A DNA stretch of 55,998 nucleotides from Perkinsus olseni (lineage: Eukaryota), in contig JABANN010000181.1 of the NCBI GenBank assembly GCA_013115125.1, forward strand, positions 1 through 55,998. The letters run 5' to 3'. The notes beneath the pieces were generated by a model. That model made no database searches. It was not told the origin of the DNA and saw nothing but the letters and a program-made list of their open reading frames with translations. Position 1 is the first letter of the stretch. The number at the start of each line of letters is the position of its first letter. The translations under genes and the position numbers were made by a program. This document shows, one piece after another, positions 48,300 to 55,998 of the stretch.

Positions 48300-49430
48300 C
48301 TTCAATTCAGAGTAACCATACCACAAATCCACCAGCTTACCCCAAGTAGGAGCCCGGCAACACGCTGGGGCATCCGGTTCCGGTAGATCACCCGAAGCGG
48401 AGCCTCTCTCTGGCCGCAGCGGGGAAGTGTACTCAGCATGGTCTTCCAGCCAGGATCAGCTGGGAGCTTCCCATAGATCAACCACGGGTACGTGGATGAT
48501 GAGCCTTGGTCAAGGCTGCGCCGCACTCCTCCAGGCAAGCGTCCTTCGCCGCCCCGAGGGATGGCCTCGGAGCTGTCCACGAGTCGCAGGGCGGCCTATC
48601 ATCTGATGAGAGAGCGACTGAAGCTCTCTGGTGGACGAGCCGGCAAAGACAAGCTGAGAACCCGCCGGAGCAAAGTGGTAGGCGGCAGTTCTCCTTTTTG
48701 GGACGGAGGTCGGGCCTCGTCCATTGAGCTGCCTTGGTCGTTTGCTGGCTCGTTGTTGCCCTCTTCGTAGGTGACCACTTTCGGTACGGCCCCACGCTTC
48801 GGATACAGGAGCCTCCCAGGCAGCACCCCTCGGAGGAAGCTCTCATCGTCGAATACGAATAAGCTGCGCAGGGGCGACAACGTTGACTTGTCACAGAAGG
48901 TGCCGCCCAATGTGTCTTCTGTGGACCTCACTATGCGCTCAGGGGTGGGGCATTCCGAACTGCTCCCTGCCCTGCCTAGGCTGGGGCGGCGATACTTGCT
49001 CATCGCCCGTCCCCAGCGGTTCAGAGATGTCCCATGCGGTGGAAATAGAAGTGCAGACCTCGCCGCGGAGTCACTCCCAGTACAGTCCCTGAGGGTGCCG
49101 GCCATGACGCCGCCCTCTCAGGCACACCGCCTCCCGCTCCTCGTGGTCCGACAACGATTCAAGCCACAGCTTTGTGAGAGCCACATTCACTGCAACGGAC
49201 CATGTGCAAGCGACAGCTTCTCGGTCGCCGACGAGCGATGTACGCCCGTCTGAGTGCAGCGGCACTCTGAGCTTGTTTAAAGTTGCAAACTAGATAGGCT
49301 GGCGGATGCGGTCTAGCGGACAGGCTCTCAGCGTCAGGCACCGTCCCGGCATTCGCCACCACTAGGAAGCAGTGCATCTCACGACAAGGGCCAGCAGACT
49401 GTCGACGGAGCTCAGATGTGAAGCGGGGCT
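48300..49430 (-). CDS. Possible hypothetical multi-exon protein; bounds uncertain
   Basis: Long open frame 48599-49105 plus flanking minus-strand frames and GT-AG candidates. No domain recognised. Confidence 0.3.
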
Positions 49431-49666
49431 TACCCTCGACGGTAGATTATTCAACCTTTCAGCTCCGGTAGTGTGGTGACCCCCGTCAAGGCCCCCTATG
49501 TGCTCACGGATCGTGTGAATACAGAGGTCAGGGATACACGATTATCCACCGCTTCCCGCGATCCTCTCCCGTGTGATATCAGGTATCGCCTGTTAATACT
49601 AGTAGAGTAAAGGACCTCAGCCCGAGCGCACTTCCGAAGCTCAGCACGAGAGACTTCCTGCGTCGA

Positions 49667-50230
49667 GTGTACATCGCAGATCAAGGAGCGACGCCCGCCA
49701 CAACATGCTCGACCCCGTACAAGGAGCAACAGACTTCACGATCTATGTCACCGCAAACACCGCAGCTATCGACGCCCCTCAATGTCCATCATTCGGCCAG
49801 GAGGAAGATCGAAGTACCGGACGGCGGTTTGCCTGGCGACTGTTTTTTTTGGTAGATCCGTACCTCATCTCCTCCACGGATGGGCCCGAACCAGCGCGGA
49901 ATGGAGTGCAGCATGCCCCTGCAGATGAGCCTGCCGTTGAGCACACCTCAACATGCTGGCCTGGACCGGTCGCGTGGCCCTCCCACCTGCGAGCGATCCT
50001 GCCCTCTCTCTCCGTGCTGTAGATCGACTGTGATAGCAGAGACGCACTACGTCGAGAACCCACTGCTCACACCGCAAAGGATAAGATTCTTTCCTAGATA
50101 CCGATCTGTCTCAGTTCGTCAACCTCTATCATTACAGCGGCAGGTTGTCGTGTCCCCCCCAACTCTGCTATATACAGCAGCCCCGCCCGTGACTGTGCGG
50201 ACCTATAGGGTTATTCATCAGGAATTCTGA
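49667..50230 (+). CDS. Possible short S/P/T-rich hypothetical protein
   Basis: ORFs 49667-49855 and 49880-50230 have similar composition and could be joined by splicing. Confidence 0.3.
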
Positions 50231-50442
50231 CTTGCCGATAATCCATTCATAACTCTAAGCATGCGCACCTCATGCTGCATGGCATATTCATTTCCGTGAA
50301 GGATTTGGTTCTGCGTTCTTCAGCAGGGGAGATAGGAGATTCATAAGAGCGAGTACTTCGCTTTGAAGTTTTCTTGACTGGACAACACAACAGTACAGCG
50401 TGGAAATATTATTGCAATGCGGGCATGCGCCTCTCTGTTCAA

Positions 50443-53123
50443 TTAACCCTTGCTTTGGCTGCAATAGAGTCGGCCTTCCCGTTGAGAGCGGCCATTTCGG
50501 CCTCGACTGCGTGTAGCCGTCCGTCTATCTCCTACCAGCCAACACCATTCAACCGTCAACCGCCCGCCTCCTTTTGCCTGACCGTACTCGCCTACTTGCT
50601 CACGCTGCCGCCTCTCCTTCGCGGCATCTTCCATCTCTTGGATCTTCTCCCGTAACACCGCGAGCTTCACTTCTCGCTGCAATGCTTCTTCGTCGGCAGG
50701 CGGGATCACCGTTGGTGCTGAGACAGCAATACCTCCAAAAAGGGGCGCCACAGGGCAAACGCTGAGCTGATCAAGCGTTAGTGAGCCAGCATTGACCTTC
50801 TATTGGGTTTCACCTCGCTCAATCACCTTGGAGACCGTAGGGAGGGACGGTCGTGCAGCCTTACCTGCCGGACTGCCTACAAAGACCTTCTCAGCCAGAG
50901 TTGCGTCAAGATCTTTTATCTTCTGAAACACTCCAAGTTCGATTAAATGCGAGAGGACTCCGTTGCAAACTTTGCTATAGAACCTGTTCACAGATGGAAA
51001 ATTAACCCGAACCAGCCGAACGAATCACTTTCGCTGGATCCGCAGGTCCGTTTCGTGGTCCAGAGGCCATGAATGTGGATCGTACGTGAGAACCTGCGAT
51101 AGGCGAAATGCTCTGGCGACGCCGAGCAGACGCGAACCTACATCCTGGCAGTCTTTGATCTGGTCGATTAGCCACTCAGTTAGTAACGTCTCCCGCCCCA
51201 CGACCCCGGGGTGCCGGGCCGTGTTCTGATTTTCCACCATTCTCGCAATGCGAACTAAAGATTGACTGGGACGAAGTCGAACTCAACTCGGAGGAGTGTT
51301 ATCATCGAAACAATCCGAAACGCTCATTGAAATGAAACCACATGCATTCATACCGGTGGTGCGCCTGAACGGCGACTGCCCAGACGCACATCACTAGAGA
51401 CTGCGAGTCCAACGGTCGAAGGGACATGACGCGGTCAACGGCGTCGAAGAAGATGGCATCCTCGAGGACGTAACCAGTGACACTGGCCGACCAGAGAGCA
51501 AGCGAGAGATCTTGCGCCGTCCCTCGCCGGATTGCGGGTCCGAGATCCACCATGGGATAGCCAGCGCCTTTGGTGACGTAGGCAGCCATGGTGGCAGTGA
51601 GACGCTCCGACGTTCGAGCCACAACTGACGCCAGCTGCCATAACTCTTCAGGGACCTTGGCACCGACCACGTCACTCGCCCAGATGAGCTTGGTCAAAGA
51701 CTGAGCGTCAGCCGAGTTGGCGACGAGCACTCGTTCGCACGCCTTCAAGCACAAGCCGCTTGAATGGTATCCGGACTTGGCGATGGCGTACGCTATTCCA
51801 CACTAAAAGCAGAGAGCAATTTCAACTCGACAAGGAGAAATATGTCCTCCCGAGCCTTACTGTCGCTCGAGCATCATAAAGGTCAGGATTGTTGCACACC
51901 ACTGCAATGGCCTTAGGCGTGAGCACGCTGTCCAGCGCTTGCATTCTAACCAGGGCGTGCAGCATCCTCGATAGCCCCTGGCCCGTGAAGCTACAAGAAA
52001 AAGAATCTGTCGCCTAACTCCTCGAGGACTCTCAAGCTCACTAAGTCAAATTGATCTTTGTGAAGACAGCGAGGGCCTTGCCGGCATCCGCCGCCCACTT
52101 AGGACGGGCTTGAAGCCGCTCTTCCGGGAAGAGAGACGCCAGAGCAGCCGCCACCTCCACCACGTTGCGTGCAGTGAATTGGTCATCGAGCTTGGGGGCT
52201 ATCGCATGCTGCCAGACAGCGCCCCTGAATCATGGACCGAATGCGGAAATACATGATAAATAGATAGAACTCACATTTGGGCTGTTGTGATGCCCGAGGA
52301 ATGCGGCGACGATATCGCTGAGCAGAGGAGGGCCACCTCAGCTGGTCGAAGCCTTTTGGCGATGTCTCCCCTTCCCAGGTAGGAACAGAGCTCCGCCCAG
52401 CAGGCCTTGCCACGAGAAAGATACTCCGATCATCACTGGGCGAAGGGACCGACCTCGATGTCCTGCTCTTCCTCAGACCCAGCAAGGAACGGCTTGATTC
52501 GCGACAACGACCAGAGGATACAGGCGGCATCCCCTGTAGATATCTTCACAGCTTCAACCCGAACCCGGACGGCGTGGTCGAGGACGAGCTTACTGACATC
52601 ATAGCGAATACACCGAGGAGGCCGTAGAACAGCAGAATGACGCTACGCTATTTGACGCCGCCTGTCGTGCTGCGGCACGTCGCCGATAAGCTTCGTGAGA
52701 GCGTACACTGCGTCGGAGATTACCCTGCCGCTGACCAGTATGTGACTGGGCCGACCCCACTTGGCAGTCTCGAACTCCAGTAGCTTGCCGCCGAGCTCGA
52801 TGAGTACATCCACGTCCCGCGAACCTATGAACCGTGACAACGATAAAGACACGGATCTGTGCACCACAGCGTCGCCGCGGCACGAAGATGCGCCTCAGCC
52901 ACGTACGAATGGCCGACTCACGTTGCGCTCTGAGCTTGTTCATCGCCAGATTTATGTTGCTGACGGACATGACCCCGAGGTGGCTCCTGGCGATTTCCGC
53001 CGGGTCGCAGCCATGTTTGAGCTTCTGTTGGAGCTCTGCTTGCCGGGATAGCTGCCATGATGCTGGCCTTATACTGATGGTCGAAAATAGCCGCCTTGGT
53101 GCGCGGGAGGGATGAACCGCCAT
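50443..53123 (-). CDS. Helical-repeat (HPR/OPR-like) organellar RNA-binding protein, multi-exon; 3' end uncertain
   Basis: Presequence-like start MAVHPSRAPRRLFST. Repeats FTGQGLSRMLHAL, DAQSLTKLIWAS, TAQDLSLALWSA and DSQSLVMCVWAVA. Confidence 0.6.
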
Positions 53124-53613
53124 TAAGCGATGACGCCTAAGGGCAGCCCGTCAGGCGTTCTACTGCAGAGGCTATACACATGAAATGCCATGGAACTTCG
53201 GAGTCAACATCGAAGCTGCTGAAGTTAAGTCGGACTCTACTCAGAAATCAAAGTTTCAAGAAAACGCCCGATTAAACGACGACACTCGAAACTTGTAACG
53301 GCGTGAGCGCTCAGCTACTTCATCTTTAGAGTGTCGGGCCCGGACTCCGCGGAATAACGGCCCGCATACGAATGCTCGAAGACTGAGAGGAACTGGCACT
53401 GAGAGGATTACCCAACCAAACGCAAGAAAGACAGGCGAGGTGAGCATCGAGTTAATGAAGTTAGTGAAAAAGCCGTGAAAAAGGTGAGTAGCCGTTGGCT
53501 ACTAGCATGGTAACCGAGAATAAGTATAAGTAAAGCGGCGCCTCCGTCTAAGGCAGCGCTTCTATTGCTGTTTGGGGTAGTAGCGTGGGTTATACTACTC
53601 GATGCGGCAAGCC

Positions 53614-54795
53614 TCATGTTTGCCCCCCTTGGACGGGGTGCTTTTCAACAATAGGCCGCACTTTGGTAAGTTCGCAGCCCCTGGGATCTCCCCTGTTCTG
53701 GTAAGACTCGCTGACGTCCCAAGCGCGAACGGCGGTGTTGCCCCAGTCCCACACCAAAGGAAAGTGGCCAAACGGGGTTGGCTTGTTACCGATGCCAACG
53801 AAGTAATTCTCGTCTCGCTGGAGCATTTCTGGCGGAGCGTACGAAGACGCGTAGATGCTGTGGTTCATGGTACCGTCAATCTGGTAAATCGCCGGGATTG
53901 GGGAGAACCAGGATGCATTCAAAGGGGACTTCGCGTTGGCCTGGTCCACCATCACCCACCCACGATACGGCAGATCCGGAATGAAAGCTTCGACCTGACG
54001 AACGGCAGCTCTCCACATGCATTTCCTGGCGCGCGAAAAATCCGCGGGACTAGCGATTCTACAGCATGACAAGCTAGTGTAAATGCTCCCCCGATACCCA
54101 ATCGTGATTTCCGCAAGCATCATCAGCATCGCCATGAGGGCACTTATCCGGCCCAAGGTTCCAATGAGGAGTTCCCACGATCCTTGCGGGGACGCCAACT
54201 GCTCTTAAAGCCGATACCAGGAAGATGGACAACCCTAAGGTCGCACGATGATGCGGGGAAAATGTGGTATCACTGCCTACCAGTACAGGATGAGTTTTTC
54301 CTCTCGATAACTTCATAAAGACTGTACGCGTTGAGCCCTGAGCCCGTCCCAGAAGCGAACTTGATAGGTGGGGTGGTGTACGACCACGCCTCACGGTTCA
54401 GAGTCTCCACCGCGCAGGTAACGTCCTTGCACCCAGCCACGACCCTCCGCATGAATCTACTAAACTTGCGCCCTTCAACACTACGACACCCTCTAAAGTC
54501 GTCGGCCTCCTCGGTGAGCGAAGCGTAGGGCGGCAAGATACCATTCAACAAGAACATAATTTCGGGTACATATCTTTTTTTCCCTCCACGGCGAGCCCTT
54601 CCAGGCAGCTATGGCTTTGTCTACTTGACACGCTAAGAATGGTCGGCCGATTTTCGAACTCTCGTCCATCGGTCTCAAGTACTTCCTCATAAAGTACATC
54701 GAGCGGCGGAAGAGACGACCATAGTCGTCGGCGATAGGAGACGCCGCAGTGGAGAGCATTACTACTACGACGATGATGCACGGCCAGAGTAGCAT
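53614..54795 (-). CDS. Secreted transglutaminase-like (Cys-His-Asp) protein, multi-exon, apparent frameshift near 54575-54581
   Basis: Signal peptide MLLWPCIIVVVVMLSTAA, then PYASLTE, SSCTGLSIFLVSALRAVGVPARIVGTP, GNHDWVE and WVMVD. Confidence 0.8.
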
Positions 54796-54939
54796 AGTGT
54801 AAAGTAAAGAGACAGCCTAAAAAGCAACGAGCGTACCCGATACGCCTTCCAGGCTGTCAGTGGTTATCTGTGTTGTCGGTCCCCACCCATAACGAGCGAG
54901 CAGAGGAGCTGGCCAGCCCTTCTCTGGAGAGCTGCTGCT

Positions 54940-55930
54940 GATGGTTAGATTTGCGGAGCACTTTAGGTAGACTCTACCTGGTAGAGGATCGACACTTGAA
55001 CTCTGACTACGATACCGTTAACTCGAGACATACTCCGTCCCGGACGGTGGAGCGAAATAACAGCGAAGGGAGAGGATACAGGGTTTGAGTGGCTGACATC
55101 AAAAATAAGGTTGCCGAGGCGACCCAGCATGGCTCAGTGGCCATGCCACACGCCGCTGTATGGGCCACGTGTACACCCGTAGCGAAGCTGGCGTCCGCGC
55201 CGACGAATTTTTTCGGAACATGAACGCCTACAGTACCGGACATCTAAAGATGCAAATTACGTGTGCAGAGGTAACTTTTTCCCTAGACCGAGTTTGCACC
55301 TGAAGTTTCAGCCGTAGGGCCTCACTGTATAGCTGTATTGCTTGCGATGTGTCCGCAACCGTTTTTCGAAATATTTCCGAAACGGCTTTTTTACACATGT
55401 CCCACCTAGGAATCGAAGCGAGAGTAGGAATCACCTACACTCGTGCCACCTCCTCACCCTCCTAGCTTCAGCTTCCCGTCGCAGCTCAGCTCAGCCAGCC
55501 GGATGGCCGGTTTCCGTAAAATGGCCTTCCCCCCTCTACCAGTCTGTCGCCTTCCATTCTTGCTCTCTTCGCAGTCTCTTCCCTCAGCCACGAACCTCTC
55601 ACCTTCCGCGACTGTCGATTCAGCATGCGCGTCAGTCGCGTCGACGGGTTCTGGACGGGCCACAGCTTCGACATAACTCTCAGCTGCTGCCTGCCTAGTT
55701 TCAATGACGGCTTCCACTGTAATATCAACGCTTGCGGGCTTCTTCACTATCGGGCTGGGGACTTCACCCAACGTCACTCTGCCTATCAGAACTGTGATCG
55801 ATATAAGTCAGCTCCTGCCTTTGAACTACACATGCTGGCCAACTTGCATACCTCCTTGATACCTCCTACCAGCGGAGGAATCCCAATTCTCCAGATTTGC
55901 ATAAAGGTTAAGTGCGCACTGTAGAGCTGC
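54940..55930 (-). CDS. 3' part of an unidentified multi-exon gene running in from the window edge
   Basis: Consecutive minus-strand frames 55454-55777, 55228-55434 and 55007-55243 are separated by GT-AG introns. Confidence 0.45.
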
Positions 55931-55997
<67 letters not shown>

Positions 55998-55998
55998 G
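55931..55998. repeat. (TTG/CAA)n microsatellite, 22 perfect units, truncated by the window end
   Basis: Direct inspection: TTG repeated from 55933 to 55998. Confidence 0.98.

Overview
Eukaryotic, gene-dense and intron-rich DNA, with most introns about 40-60 nt and GT-AG. The ORF track therefore fragments nearly every gene, and the models below were spliced by eye with approximate ends. The best organism fit is a Perkinsus-like alveolate (inference from compact introns, intronless subtilisin paralogues, AP2-like, RAP/helical-repeat and GKG-repeat proteins). The first ~10 kb is accessory-like: two convergent subtilisin paralogues, small inverted-repeat elements and unassignable ORFs. From 10 kb onward genes fall in same-strand blocks. 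An FHA-RINGv-FHA gene is on (-). A (+) block follows with kinesin-3, MRE11, an AP2-like protein, a NEK kinase and an F-box-like protein. A (-) block holds a RAP protein, urocanate hydratase, histidine ammonia-lyase and PKA-R. A second (+) block holds a tRNA-splicing endonuclease subunit, RBM25-like, PTC7-like PP2C and two tetraspanin-like paralogues. The final, mostly (-) block holds a helical-repeat protein, a transglutaminase-like protein with a frameshift and a partial gene ending in a (TTG)n tract. The strongest observation is a hut-operon-like pairing of HAL and urocanase in a eukaryote. Other notable points are the strand-block organisation, a subtilisin lacking its oxyanion Asn but carrying an NLS-like insert, a ~110-aa HAL insertion and several intronic or intergenic inverted repeats. 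No rRNA, tRNA, CRISPR or autonomous mobile element was recognised.
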